From Lama glama (Eukaryota): DNA of 64,000 nt. The DNA lies in the NCBI GenBank assembly GCA_028534125.1, contig CM052817.1:9860001-9924000 (forward strand). Direction: 5' to 3'. This document shows, piece by piece, positions 22,881-36,750 of the stretch; within the stretch, counting starts at the first letter, position 1, and every line of letters starts with the position of its first letter. The position numbers were made by a program, and so were the translations under genes. Under the pieces are notes generated by a model. That model made no database searches. It worked only from the letters and a program-made list of their open reading frames with translations, and was not told the origin of the DNA.

Positions 22881-25800
22881 CAGAACCTTCAACAGTTATC
22901 TATGGGGTTGGGGGAAGACTAAAACAAGCCTGGAGATGCACTTCCAAAGGCAATACATCTTCTCATCTACCCCACCCCAAGGTCAAGTGAGCTGGGCAGC
23001 AGAGAGAGGATGGGTCATCAACCTGGTGTGTTTTGTGACTTGTGGGTGGGGGAGGTGGAAATAGATGCCCAGAGGAGTCTGAACTCACAGTCTGTTGAAG
23101 ACCTGAAAACCCTCACCCATTTCTCTTTGTCCTTGGAGACGTTAAAGAAGGAATAGCGCTGTTTGCTTTCTAGGAAGAATCCCAGCTTTGAGAAACACAT
23201 GATGACACACCTTTGTTCTGTCAAGAAAACTCACTTGAGACCTCCCAGGAGTCTATGTGATGACATAGTGAAATGTGTGAGTCTTAATAAGAAACATAAA
23301 TGTGAAACAACACTTAAAATCTTGATGCACTGTGCAGACCTGCAGGAAACTAACACATGTTGTACTTGACAACAGTCACATGTGTATCAGCCAGTGATCT
23401 CAGCTGCAACAGCTGATACAACTCTGGCTGGAAATACATTTTCTAGGGAATATCAATCAGAGGCTTCTAGGTTCTCTGGGGAGAGGGGGGCAGGAAAACA
23501 ATTTGGGAGCCATTTAATCAAGAACAATACCCTAAATCTCTCCACAGACCAGTCAGGTAGAGAAGCCATCCTTGCCCTAAGGAAACTGAGCTGTCACTTT
23601 GTCGCTCCCAAACATGACTACTGTTGTTTCTGGGAGTAGAAAAACCAAAGTGGATGGCACATGGTGGAGGCACGTGGAGCCAGGCACCTGCCTCCTTGTC
23701 CCCCCAGCCTCACATTCATGATCTCACAGCTCCATCTGATGTCCAGGACCTGATTCTGTAAAATGCTTTGAACAGAGCTCAGTTTCTCTTCCTGTAAAAC
23801 GGAGGTGGTGGCTGAGCTCACCTCTTTGGTTGGTTGAGCATTAAGCAAAATGACAGAGGTACAATTCTCAGAGCGGTGTCTAACACGTACAGCACTATCA
23901 AGGTTAGTTTTTTAAATTAAAAAAAATGTTGGAACCTGTTTTTATTCTGGAAGAAATTGCTTGACAAATCTACCTGGTTTAGAAGCTGAGACCTGAGACA
24001 CTGGGGCCAATGAGAAGAGGCTAGGGAGTGGCCTTCGTGCAACCAGCGGGTCCGCCACACTCTCTCTCATCCTAGATGAACCTTGAATGGTCTAGATGGG
24101 TGGCACAGGCCACCTGAGAGGACTGGGCCAGGGATCCTCCTCAGACTCTCCCCTAAGAGCTGGCTCCCACCTGGACCTGGATCTCGACAAGTGGGACCAA
24201 CAGAACCACCGCCGCCCAATCTACAAATCAACATGTGTAGTTTTCACTTTTCAGGGCCACCCAGGGTTCAACAACTTCTGCTGCTGCTGCCAGTCCAAGC
24301 CCTGCTCTCCTGACCACCCCCTACTCTGCTGGCAGGAAGGGTGGGCAGCTCTCCCCGGTGGGATAAAAGCAGAAGACAAAAGTGCTGGAAGGACAAGTTC
24401 CCTCCCAGGGTAATCAGGGAATGGAAAGAACATGGGAAAAGGGCAAGACTGGGAAGAAACAGGGTTCTTGAAGTTAACTGGAGCCTTCAGAGCAAGAACA
24501 AATCTCCCTTTGTGAAATCCCCCAGCTCAGTCCCATGGAGTCGCCTTCCAGGGAGTTTCCCAGAAAGGCCGGAATAATCAGATCCACGTTGATCACAGGA
24601 GAAGAGCTCCTTTGGAGCTCTCAGGTCCCTCTTAGTTGCTGGGAGCCTCTGACTTTGTCTGGTCCCCGAGACCATAGAAACCACAAGATTCTCCAGGGAT
24701 GGCCTGCGTCGCCTACAGCTGGGAGGACGGAAGCTCTGAGAAGTCTGTTAGGCGTCCGTCCTGAGTCAGCTGTCTAGAACAGGTGCATGAGTCGTTAAAT
24801 CCGTGCTGGCAGATGGGGTTATTATAAGGACGTGCTGTTTTTGAAGTGTCACCTGTGACCATTAACATGTCAAATATGTTCCCAGTAAAGCTAAAAAGAC
24901 AGACATTTCTGTAATAATGTATTATTATGGAAGAGACGTTCATGAAAGGATCGCTGAACATTCTGGCTGCAGAGCAGAGACTCATCTCCTTCACGTGACA
25001 AGTGATGACATGGAGTCCCTCTCCTGGGAGTCACAGAGGGCAGGTGCTGAGTTGTCGGCAGCAGCTTAGGAGTCAAGGCTTTCCTCACTCCATGTCTCCC
25101 TTTCACATCGCAAAGCCTGAGAACCCACAAACGGGAGGGGTGGAGGTTGCTGACTGTCGTCAAGTATCCATGATTTTCTTCCTCTTCTTTTTTAATAAAT
25201 AGTATTTCCCCACCCTCACCTCCACCTCCCACTTTACATTGGGAACATGGTTTCCTGGCCACAGAATGGGGATGGGGGGGTGACAGCAAGTGATGAGTTT
25301 GACAAAGAGCAGGGAAGTGCTGGAACAGCGTGGCTGGGAACTGAGACAGCTGCTCCAACAGCTGGAGCATGTGGCGTTCTTGAACTTAATTTTGGAAGTT
25401 TGGAATCTTGGAATTAATTAGGGCTGAATGCAGGGCCCTGGAATGGTTGAAAAACATAGCTGGGGCCCCACGCTGGCCCTCCCTGGGATACAGAGATCAA
25501 TCAGGTTGAGTTCTCGCCTTGATTACTCATCGTCTAGAGGGAACGAATAAAATGGCACCTTCATTCATTCATCATTCCGTAAGCTTTCTTAAGTAACTGT
25601 CATCTATCAGTCATGCCGCCAAAACCCACCTACTTCCCCTCAGCTCTCCATCCACAGCCTCAAAACACAGTTTGTGGTAATGGTCTGTTCACATGTCTGT
25701 TTCCTCTCCCACCTCTAAGCTTTTAGAAGACAAGACACTCCGTCTCTTTCCTTACTTTAATTCCAATAACATTGTGCCTATTGGTTGAAATTTAAGTGTA

Positions 25801-26972
25801 ACATATTTAAAAACAAAATTCGATCGTAAACAACGAAGTAAAGCAGATCCTATAATCAATACAAACAGCAGCAAATTAACCCAACTGTGTATCTTCTTGA
25901 CAACTCAACCACTCAAACACAAGGAATTAACTTAAGTCTTGTCTGAACGTAGTATCGGGACGTGCACTTTTATTGGAGTATATTCTGAGGGCAAAGAAGC
26001 CACAAATACATCTTGAACTTTGGTCAGTAGGTTTGTATTGACGTATTTTCTGTTTTGTAAGTTAAATCAAATGAGTACGAAGAATGAATATATAAAGTAG
26101 AAGAAAAAAACACTGTGGTGCTGGATTGCAATTGGTGGGATCACTGTGAACTCATACATATTTGCAGGCGCAAAGTCATTTAGCTGTATTGGTACTTTGT
26201 ATTGGTTACTTTGTATTGTATTTGTATTGTATTTTGCCATATTTATTCTAATTTCTCTGAGGTCCTAATTCAACACTTGTTAAATGCTTACTATATTCCA
26301 GACCCTGTACTGAGCACCTCATATGACATATTTCATTTAATCCTCAACATTGCACTTTGCAACATGTCCAATTGTTATTAAAAAGATGAGAAACTTGCCC
26401 AAAGTAATGGTAGAGTTAGGTGTGGTCTGACAACAAATTATGCTTATAATCACAGAGATAAGTAAGACACGTTTATTTTGGACCCATCTTAAAGCACTAC
26501 ATTCACTTGTGACACTAAACCTGATCTGACCACTGAAATAAATCAACCTTATGGGGGAATACATTTGGAATCACCTAATTGGTCAACAAAAGTATGAGTG
26601 CTCATCTGCCATAAAGCATATTCTAAGGGGCCTGGGAGGTAAGAACTCAGGGTTTTAGACGCAGCTCTGCCAATCCCTGTTACATGACTTTGTGCAAGTA
26701 CACCAGTCCTCTCTGGGTCTCTGTTTCCTCTTTTCTAAACTGAAGGAGCTGGAGGACACAAGGAGTCACAGACTCCAGTGTCTGCAGGGGTTGACAGGTA
26801 ACACAAATGGTAAAATGCCCCTGTGACCTGTGTCCTATCTATGGTGGCAGTGACTGCCCACCTCCAGCCCCATGTTGGGGGGCAGAAGTGCAGGCTTGAG
26901 GTCACCTGCTTATCCAACTTCTCAACAGAAGCCAGGAATCCAGACTTATGTGATATTTTACAAATCTTTAAT

Positions 26973-26975
<3 letters not shown>

Positions 26976-27018
<43 letters not shown>
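26976..27018. repeat. (AAT)n microsatellite
   Basis: About 14 perfect AAT units. Confidence 0.95.
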
Positions 27019-27020
<2 letters not shown>

Positions 27021-27380
27021 CTTATGTGAGAAAAACAAACAAACCAGTATGCGGCCCTCAGGGCAACATTTTGTAACTTTTGGGGTCAGATGAACTCTGA
27101 AGTCCCTTCAAGGGGATTCTTCGTAGAAAATAAAGTACTTCCTTCAGGTGTGGAGCAGTTGGTCCATGCCTTAAATGGTGATGCTCAAAGCTGATTACCT
27201 GGTTCATCTTCTCAGAACTTTCCGAGGTTACATTAGGATACTGGACAAGTGGACCTGTTTGGGCTGCCATCTTCTTACCTGTAGAATGAAGAGGCTGAAG
27301 GTCTCTGGGGAAGGGAGAATGAAGCTAATATCCATTGAACACCTGCTGTATGTCAGGGACTTGTCATGAATCATGCTATT

Positions 27381-28156
27381 TGTATTAGCTGGGATTCCCC
27401 AGAGAAAGAGAATATCAAAGAGAGAGAGAGAAAGAATATCAAATGAGAGAGAGCAAGATTGAGATTTATTTTAAGGAACTGGTTTATGTGATTGTGAAGG
27501 CTAGCAAGTCCAGAATTTGCAGAGTGGGACAACAGGCTGGAGACCCAGGGCAGCTAATGGTGCAGTTTAAGTTTGAAGGTCATCTGCTGACAGAATTCCT
27601 TCTCATTCAGGGGAGGTCAGTCTTCATTTCACTCAGGCCTTCAACTGATTCAATGAGGCTCACCCACATTATAAAGGGTAATCTGCTTTCCTCAAAGTCC
27701 ACTGATTTAAAAGTTAATCTCATCTACTAGAAAAAACAAAACCCCACAAATACCCTCTCAGAACCATCAAGAATAGTGTTTGACCCTGGAAATAGACTCA
27801 CAGACATAGAAAACAAACTGTGGTTACCAGGGGAGAAGACGGGGAGGGGATAGATTAGGAGTTTGGGATTAATAGATACACATTACTATATATAAAACAG
27901 ATAAACACGAGGACCTATTGTATAGCACAGGGAACTATATTCAATTTCTTGTAATGAGCTGTAATGGAAAAGAATCTGAAAAAAATACATATATGTATGT
28001 ATGTGTATAACTGAATCTTTTTGCTGAGCAAACAAAACTAACATTATAAACTGACTATACTTTAATAAGAAATAAGAATTAAAAAAAAAAGAATGTCTGA
28101 CTAAAACTCTGGACGTGGTGGCCCAGCTAAGTTGATGCATAAAACTAGCTGTCATA
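27381..28156 (-). mobile_element. MLT2 (ERVL) LTR split by a + strand L1 3' end at ~27786-28090
   Basis: MLT2 segments (atttattttaaggaactgg, ttcaactgattcaatgaggctcacccacatt) resume after the L1 A-tail (gtggcccagctaagttgatgcataaaact). Approximate duplication aagaat..gtttgac. Confidence 0.75.
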
Positions 28157-31100
28157 TCATTTCATTTTCACCATGATCCAATGAAGTAGATTACTGTCCC
28201 CATTTTACAGACGAGGAAGCTGAAGCTCTGGGAAGTTTGATGATTTATACAAAACACAACTAGGGACAGAGCTGGCATTCAAACTCAGGTCTGTCTGACT
28301 CCAAAATTGATCTCTTCACCCCGTTCTATCATGATTCTAGACATTAATGCTACTGTTTGATAAAGGTAAGGTCTACATTTGATAGATTCCAGCATTAAGG
28401 GAACTGACTGCAGAACCCCGAGCTCCTACTTGGACCCCCCTAAGCACTCTATGGGGGGACAGAGTCATCCCTATGTGGCCGGCTCCTTCCTGGGGTCAGG
28501 CAAGGCAGTGGCTTAATGAAGCAGGGAGTCTTTTTCCTACACTTGGGTCTTTTTCAGGTTCTTCCTACATTCTATCCCTCAGTGCTTACTGGGCACTGTC
28601 TGCATGTGGGACACGGTTCTTGGGGGCTGTGGATACAGAAATGAGACAGACACGTCCTGAGGTTCAAGCTGCTGTGGGTCTGTTAGAGAATAAGGCAAGT
28701 GCAGCGCTGTGAAGGGAGCTGGGTGGGGACCCAGAGGGGAGAGACTTGGTTGTCGGTCCCTCCAACTCTGGGGTCCTAGCCCTTCCCTGGATTTTGTCTC
28801 CGCAGCCTAGCACAATGCCTGCATACAGTAGATGTTCAATAAATGCTCACTGAATGTCTGCATGGATGAGGGAGTAAATAGAAACTATCTACGTACATGT
28901 CTGTACCTCTATTACACACTTACCCTCTTCAGGGTAGGAACAGTAGCTAAAAATTGTGGGCTCACGACTTGGACCATCTGACTTTAAAGTCCAGCCACCC
29001 CTGTTTCTGACTGCGGGATATGATCCGTCCCAGGCTCAGTGCCTTCAGCTGTGAAATAGTGCTAAAAATAGGATTTACTACACTTAGCATGGTGTCAAAG
29101 GAGGTCATGAAATGAACGTGCTCAGTGGAACACCCAGCACAGAGTGAATGCTTTGTAAACAGTCACTATTTCATTTAAATAGTCCGCGTTAATTTCCATC
29201 TTCCTGGCAACAGCAGGGCTCAATTAGTAATTGTTGGTGATAAATGGGAGAATGAATTCATTTATCTTGGGCCACTGGGGCAGGGGGCAGGCAGGTCCTC
29301 CCCTTTCTCTTCCTCTCTGGGTTGTTGCATCTCAGCTCACGGTTTTGCCCCCTTTAAATGTCTTGCAGCCCTTGAAACTTAGGAAACCAGTAGAATATGG
29401 AAGCTTGGTGCTGTGAGGCTGCAAACCCAGTAAACTTTCAAGGATCCTTTTCCCCATTAATTTTCACCTAGTCCCTAAATTATTTGCATCTCAAGTGAGT
29501 TGAGAGTGGATGGGGAATTAGTCTTCTTCAAAGCTACATAGATTCCCACCCTCCCTAATACGGGCAGCCTAGCTTTAGCAATTCTCTGACGAACACTCAG
29601 TGATGTGCTTGAAGATGGGGAGCATTGCTAATTCCCCAAAGTCCTTGCGACACTCTTGTTTGTTCCCAGACCAGAGAAAATCAGAAACCTTGTTTAAGGG
29701 AACCAACTCTGCTGACTTCCCGCTTCCATCTCCTTCGTTACACAATGTTCTACAAATCAGATGGTAACACTCTGAATGTGACTTGGCATAGTCACCGGAA
29801 TGGCCAGACATAATGTGAAAGGTGTCGACTTATCTTTACATCTCACTCTTTATTTTGGCTTGGCAGAAACTCAGAAGCAACTGGAAAAGGTTACAGAAAA
29901 ATATGCCTGCATTTCAATTAACCTTTAGGTACCCTTGTTTGAATTCAGTCAAAAGTTTTGCCAGAGAGATGTAATAAAATATACTTATTTGAGCCCCCCA
30001 AAAAGCAAAACAAATATATGTGGGGGGAATTAGTAATACATTCTCTATTATTAATAACACACAACATTATTCAGATAATATATAATGTATATTAGAGTAT
30101 TGTATATTATAGCAATCATATATAAATTATTAATATAACTGTTACTAATGATATATATCTAAAATATTTTGCCTACATTTTATTTACCTTACATCACCTT
30201 CACTTGTTTAGCCTTAGAGTGACATGATACTGAATTTTCTGAGTTGAAGACCAAATGTAGTCAGTTAAGAACGTATTCCAAATTAACATGTGAAAGAAAA
30301 ATAACGAATATAATCTTTGGATGGCAAATTACAGATTGGACTGATAAAGAATATCAGGGTGTTTAGGGTTTGGTCCAAACTCTCAAGCCCAGGCTCTGTC
30401 TTTCTTGATGATCATAGTGTCTTTATTAAAGACTCAATGCTGGGAAAATTTTACGTTCCTTTTGTCATGTAATCTGAGGTCATCAGGGAAGTACCTAAAA
30501 GTCCCTTTTTCTCAGCTTCAAAATGCAGATGATTCAGAAAACACTCAGGCTATTTATCTCGGTACTAGAGAATTAATGACAACTCAGCATATCCCAAATT
30601 TTGAAATTTAATACAATTTCTGTTGGATTGACACATTTTATTTTTGTAGGTCTTGGGCTTTTCAGAGAGTAGAAAGAAGATTTGGAGGTTACTTTGTAAT
30701 ATAAAAATTACAGCAAACGTTTATTGAAATCTTTGATGAAATGAAAATGTATTTATGTAAGGTTGATATGTAAGATAATTTTTAAAACTTTGTATCTAAT
30801 TACAAAACAAAACTTGTGAAATATGCTACAAAGAAGATGACGAAATAAAAATCACTTCTAATTCCACTACCCAGAGATAATCGCCAATTTCGTGTTTTTG
30901 GTGTAATGCTGAATTTAATGCCTGGCCAAAAGTAAGTCCTCAAAAAGTATTGGTTCATTGACTATGTTCTCAAATCATTATTATTATGAATGCATGTATT
31001 TTTATATTTTTGAAACTTTATAATCATAGGATGTGAACTGTCCTGTAATCTTTTTGTTAACATGTGCCTCAAAATTACAAGCCAAAATGAGGTTTCTGTT

Positions 31101-31179
31101 TCAAAAGAGTGCCTTCAGAAACACTTTCCCGACTTAAAGCAAGTTGGTGGATGATCTCTGAATAGCTTAAGGCATGTGT

Positions 31180-31570
31180 GTGTTGTAGGTCAGGTTCTCT
31201 GGGAAACAGACTCAGAAGGAGGAGATTTGAGAGCAGGAAGTTCATTGGGGTGCTCTTGGGATCAGTGCTTCAGGAGGGGAGGCAAAAGAATCAGACGTGG
31301 GCAAAAGGAGAAATCAGGCCTCCATTCAGTCTCAGCAAAGACCTCAGCGGATCCCTAAGGGCGCTGGGATGGCCCTTCAGGTGGTCTGTCCCAGAGGCAA
31401 GGGCTGGAACATCGCACAGCCATTGGAGATTGTGACTTTGGGTCTCCTCACCAAGAGCAGTTCTGGAGGGGGCTCAGCTGAGAGCCATTAGCTGCCAGCA
31501 CTGCCAGCAGCTGGGAGAGCGAGTAGAGTCTGGAGCCGGCAGGGCATCTGAGCATCTGCTGGACTGTGCC
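31180..31570 (-). mobile_element. LTR16-like ERVL solo LTR
   Basis: ggtcaggttctctgggaaacagactc...ggagatttg...caggaagttcattgggg resembles the reverse complement of the recalled LTR16 3' end. Confidence 0.6.
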
Positions 31571-34026
31571 ACCTATGCCAGGGGTGCTGGGGTCCGTCTC
31601 AGCATTTCTTCCTTTATATGTTCTGTTTATTAATGTCCTCTGCAGTCTGTCAATATAGGCCAACAGGTGGACTGTGAATAGGTTAGTATTTTTTTTCCCA
31701 TTTGAATTGCTGTCTTCTATTCATTACTGTAGCCCAAATGCCACTGGCTCATTCTTTGAAATATCCTTTGTGAAACTGATTTTTATAAGCTACTTCACAT
31801 CCAGTTTGCTAAGGAAAGTGATCACACTGGGCTGAAACAAACAGAAAAATTAGACATGACTTTAAAGGAATATGAATGACTGACTCTAGAGTTCTAAAAT
31901 TTGGATCCCCATGAAATTCTGAGAGCTTCTAGAAATCATTCTAGAATTATAAAGCACCATTGGCAAACGTGTGCATTGTCCCAGGGTCCACCAGTCACTC
32001 TGTTTGCTTTAAGTGGTCCTTCAGTCACTGTATCTGCTTTAGATGAATGGTCATAATTTAAGCAGATAAAAGTGAGAACCGGCATTCATTTCATCGACTT
32101 TGGCTAATGTGAGAACAGTTTTGGGTCCACCCATCCAACGGCTGCTTGGTTCTAAAGATTACCCAGTATTTGTTTTCCACTGTTCTCTTCAGATATGAAT
32201 GTTGTCTGAGTAAATATTAAATAGGACTATGTTCAGGGAAATCTATTAAGTTTCAAGAGAACTCAGTTGAATGAGAAATGACAGAGGGCTGCAGGGTCTG
32301 GCAAAACTACAGCGATGATCAAAGAGGATTGAGAAGGTGAAAACCTGCTCCAAGTTGAGAGGCCACTCCTTTGGCCACGTTATGACATCAAAACGCTCAT
32401 CTTCCAACATTAAGATGCGAACACTCACCCGTCAGGCAATCTCAGATCTACTGCATGACATGATTTCCAGAAACCTGGAGGAAATTCTAGTTACTCCTTG
32501 GCTTGTATTCTGGAAACTATCCAGGCTTCCTTTACAGATATTTGCATTTTTATTCCTTAATTTTATTTCCAGTCTAGGACATCAACGATCATTTATGAAA
32601 CTAATAAATCATGTTAGCAAGAGTTTCCAGTTCTCATTTCAAGCTGTCCCAGTGCTAAATATTGTGAGTTGTCACTTAGCAACAGGGATACAGCTTTCCT
32701 TTGATAACACCTGTGGGAATAATTAACATTTCCTTGGAGTTTCTCGGATATTTAGGACCGCGAAAAATCCCAAAGGCTGTGTCATACCTCAGTAACCGAT
32801 TCTAAGTGAACGTCTGGATGGTCCTCACAGCACAAAGTAGAGTGTACATTTTGGTAGATTTCCAGTTAATTTGGTTAATTTGCTAGCCTACACAAAAACC
32901 TGATTTTTCAGCAAGTCATCTGATCTAGAGTTTACCAATTATAAGGGTGATGTTTTATCCTTCATCTGCCTTAATTCTTTTTCTGTTTCTCAACCAGGGT
33001 CTTCTTTCTTGGAGTCTTTAAGCCCTCAAACATGTTCATTAGGGAAAATCTGGGAACTTCAGAGAAGCACTCAGGAGAAATGCCACCCATAGTGTCACAA
33101 TTCAAGGACTACAGTTCAGTATGTGTCCTTCTGATCATTTTTCTTTTTTGAATGAAGAGGGGAAAAAAGTAAACCTTTCTCTTCTTTAGAAACTAACTAC
33201 TCATCTCTAACAATTTTGAAAAATCTAGAAATAGATAACAATGAAAATAAGACTCACTTATAAACTTACCCCTGTGGATCTCTAGTATTTTTTCTATGAC
33301 ATTTTTTATTGGCTTTAAATGGTTGAAGTCATGCTGTAGACATAAGTTCCTGACTTGATTTTTCCCTTCAGTTTTTATTTTTATCAGATTTTGTAGATGC
33401 ACATAGAGTCAAAATGTTTTTAAAAACTTGTAAAAAAAAAATCAGTCTCTTGACTTCACCAACCCCCTGTCCTCTGCTCCAGAAGTAAACTTTTTCAACC
33501 CTTTGCTGTATCTTACAATGGATGGTGTCTTAAATTTGATGAATTTAGATATATATCAAAAGACTTTATTAAAGAGTTACTCAATAGTCTTGACCCAGCT
33601 ATGTTATTTGTAGTAAAAAATTGGAAACATAAGCATAGATCAAATAGACAAATAGGGCATGGATCCCTCCTGTTAAAAGATTCATTTATGTAGCCATAAA
33701 AATTAGCTTTAGGAAGAGTTTTCAATAATTTGGAAAAGTCTTATATTGCCATATTGACAGATATAAAGTGGGCTAGACATCTGATAAAAGATGAGGGCTG
33801 GAACACAAGTGTTTACTTTTGCTGACTTCCAAAACCACACCAAATAAGAGTAAGTGAGACATAGAGAGAGACATAAGCCCTTCAGGATAAAGACTTTGGG
33901 AGGAGAGTGACTGGCAACTACATTTTGGAAGGTGTAAAACACTTAATTGAGTGGATGTGGCAAATCAAAGGAGCTAAATCTAAGACAGCACAGGGGGAGG
34001 CCAAAATAATCCAGTTTTACACTGAT

Positions 34027-34483
34027 TATTATGGGTTGAATTGTATCTGCTCCTACCTCCAAATTCATATGTTGAAGTCCTAACCCCTAGTACCTCAAAA
34101 TGTGACTGTATTTAAAATGTAATTAAGTCAAAGTGAGGTCATGAGGGTGGGCCTTAACTTATTATGGTTATAATGGCTTATAATGGATTAAAATAATGGA
34201 TGGTCATGGTTATAATGGATTAATATGGTTATGGCCCATTCAATATGGGCCTTAGTCCAGAAAGGACTGGTATCTTTATAAGAAGAGATGAGGACACAGA
34301 CACATACGTGAACGACACAGAGAGAAGACAGCCATCCACAAGCTAGGACAGAGGCCTCAGAGAAAACCCACCTTGCTGCCACCTTGTTGTTAGATTTCTA
34401 GGCTTGAAAATTGTGAGAAGTTTCTGTTGTTTAAGCCAACTGGGCTGTGGCACTTCGTTATGGCAGCCCTAGCCAAATACTAC
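34027..34483 (+). mobile_element. MaLR LTR (MLT1A/B-like) with an internal low-complexity insertion
   Basis: ttatgggttgaattgt ... aaattcatatgttgaagtcctaaccc ... gttatggcagccctagc. Confidence 0.85.
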
Positions 34484-34659
34484 ACTGCCAGTCCCTTAAA
34501 AGGAACTGGAAAAACTGATGCCTCTGGAAGTGATGGGAGAGTGGTATGTAAGACTATGTAAGGAGTCCTTAAATTTTTGTATAAAAAGTAGTTGAAATCT
34601 TCGTATCCACTCCTTCAATTCACCCCTCTCCACCCTGAGAGATAATTGGAAGTTTCTTT

Positions 34660-35124
34660 TTTTTTCTTTTCTTTTCTTTTCTTATTCTTCTTGTTTAAAT
34701 TGAAGTACAGTTGACTTACAATAGTATGTTAGTTTTAGGTGTATGGCAAAGTGGTTCAGTATTTTTACAGATTATATTCCATTAAAAGTAATTACAAGGT
34801 AATAGTTGTAATTTCCTGTGCTATACAATATAGCCTGTTGCTTATCTATTTTATATATAGTAGTTTGTATCTCTTAATCCCATATCCCTAATTTGCCCCT
34901 ACCCTTCCCCTCCGTTATGATAGCCATTAGTTTGTTTTCTATATCTGTGAGTCTGTCTCTGTTTTGCATATGCATTCATTGTATCATTTTTTAGATTCCA
35001 CATATAAGTGATATACAGTATTTGTCTTTCTCTGACTTATTTCACTAAACATAATATTCTCTAGGTCCATCCACAGTTGCTGCAAATGGCAGCATTTCAT
35101 TCTTTTTATGACTGAATATTATTC

Positions 35125-35168
<44 letters not shown>

Positions 35169-35365
35169 GCACACACACCGCATCTTTTTTATCCATTCAT
35201 CTGTTGATTTGGATTGCTTCCATGTCTTGACTATTGTAAGTAGTGCTGCTGTGAACATTGGAGTGCATGTATCTTTTCAAATTAGTGTTTTTGTTTTTTC
35301 TACATGTATACCCAGGAGGGAACTGCTGGGTCATATGGTAGTTCTATTTTTAGTTTTTTGAGGAA
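34660..35365 (-). mobile_element. L1 3' fragment with an internal (TA)n tract at ~35126-35168
   Basis: ttagattccacatataagtgata, gttgctgcaaatggc, gctgggtcatatggtagttctatttttagttttttgagg. Confidence 0.85.
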
Positions 35366-36229
35366 TGGAGGTTTGCTTTCTTAGGAGGATAAAATAGGAT
35401 TTCTAGACTGCTGGCAATGGTCAAATAAAAAAATGGTGGTACAGTACAAAAAACAAAATGAAGGAGTAAGTAGCATTTACATTATGGATGCTGAAACATT
35501 CACAGATACTAGCGGTTAAGAGTCCAACAGTTTGGGGGAAACACAATTCAACCCATAACATGCATGTAATTGTTACCATTTTTTCACAGCACTTACTTTG
35601 GATCAAGGACCATCCTATGCACTGTAAAATCTCATCTTTTCAAGTTGTGCCAAAATTTAAGAAAATCTAACATAGAAGTCTCAGCTTCTAGGGTAGAAAA
35701 TGACCCTACAGTGATTCATCACCTTAAAAACGATTCAAGCTCTGTTAATAAACCTGCTGCTGATGTTCTCTAAATGGGATCTTGTATTTCATTAAAATGT
35801 GATTTGATTTACACAGGTTTTGTTTATATAAAACTTCTGAAAGACTGATTCGATTGTAAAAAGTAAGGCCCACTTATACTGAATCTAATGATTATAGTTT
35901 GAAATACTATCAGGAAGCACATTCCCCTTTGCTGACTTCTGAGAAATTAAATTGAAATATGTTTCATCAAGTAATTGAACAGCAGAGTGAGTCAGTAGAT
36001 AGCTGAGACCTGAGTTGTGTGGTACCAACTAAACATGCTCGTGCTGGGAGGCCTATCATTCTGTAATTAACATCTTTAAGTTCAAGTTCTGTATGCAAGT
36101 AGAGGGAGTGTGAGGAGGAAGAATAAGAATTACATCACCAATTTGGGAAAGCCTGGACTTGTGCTCTAATCTCAGCTCTGCGATTCACTCTTTTTGTGAC
36201 TTTGAGTAAGGTAATTAACTCCTCTGAGC

Positions 36230-36750
36230 CCTGGTTTTCTCAAAATTTAGTGGCTTTGAACAGTACTCATTTTATGGTCACAATTCTAAGCAGCATCCAG
36301 CTGGGACAGTTCTTCCCTGCCCCATGTGGTCTCAGTGTGGCTCTCCTGGGACCGGAGGATTCAAGATGGCCTCCCTCACATGTCTGGTGCCTTAGCTGGA
36401 ATGGCTTGAATGGCTGGGGACCAGCTAAGATGACTGGGCTTCACTCTTCTTGTGTAGACAGAAACCACTCATACATTTGGAACCTGGATTCTCTTTCATG
36501 TGCTCTCTTCTGTCCTTATAGATAGCCTGGACTTCCTTCCATGGTGGGTTGGATTCCCCTTTGAGTGAAAGAAGAGCCTATGTGGCTCCTTGGGGTCTAG
36601 GCTTAGAAATCCCAGGATATCACATTGGCTGCATTCTGTTGGTCAAACCAAGTCACAAGGCCAGCTCCGGTTTCAGGGCTATGGAAACTGACTCCTCTCT
36701 TGATGGGAAGAGGGACATGGTGATCACTCTGCAGACAATCTACCACAAAA
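36230..36750 (-). mobile_element. Old MaLR LTR (MLT1H/J/K-like)
   Basis: caagatggcctccctcacatgtctgg and cattctgttggtcaaaccaagtcacaaggccagc. Confidence 0.6.

Noticed and set aside
24096..24413. 105-aa Cys-rich ORF (FCCCCQSKPC)
   Set aside because: The Cys run comes from a short CTG repeat; no recognisable domain or supporting gene structure.
29670..29763. Plus-strand exon-like segment (ttcccag ... ATG|gtaaca)
   Set aside because: Weak donor, no partner exons found and an unrecognisable peptide.
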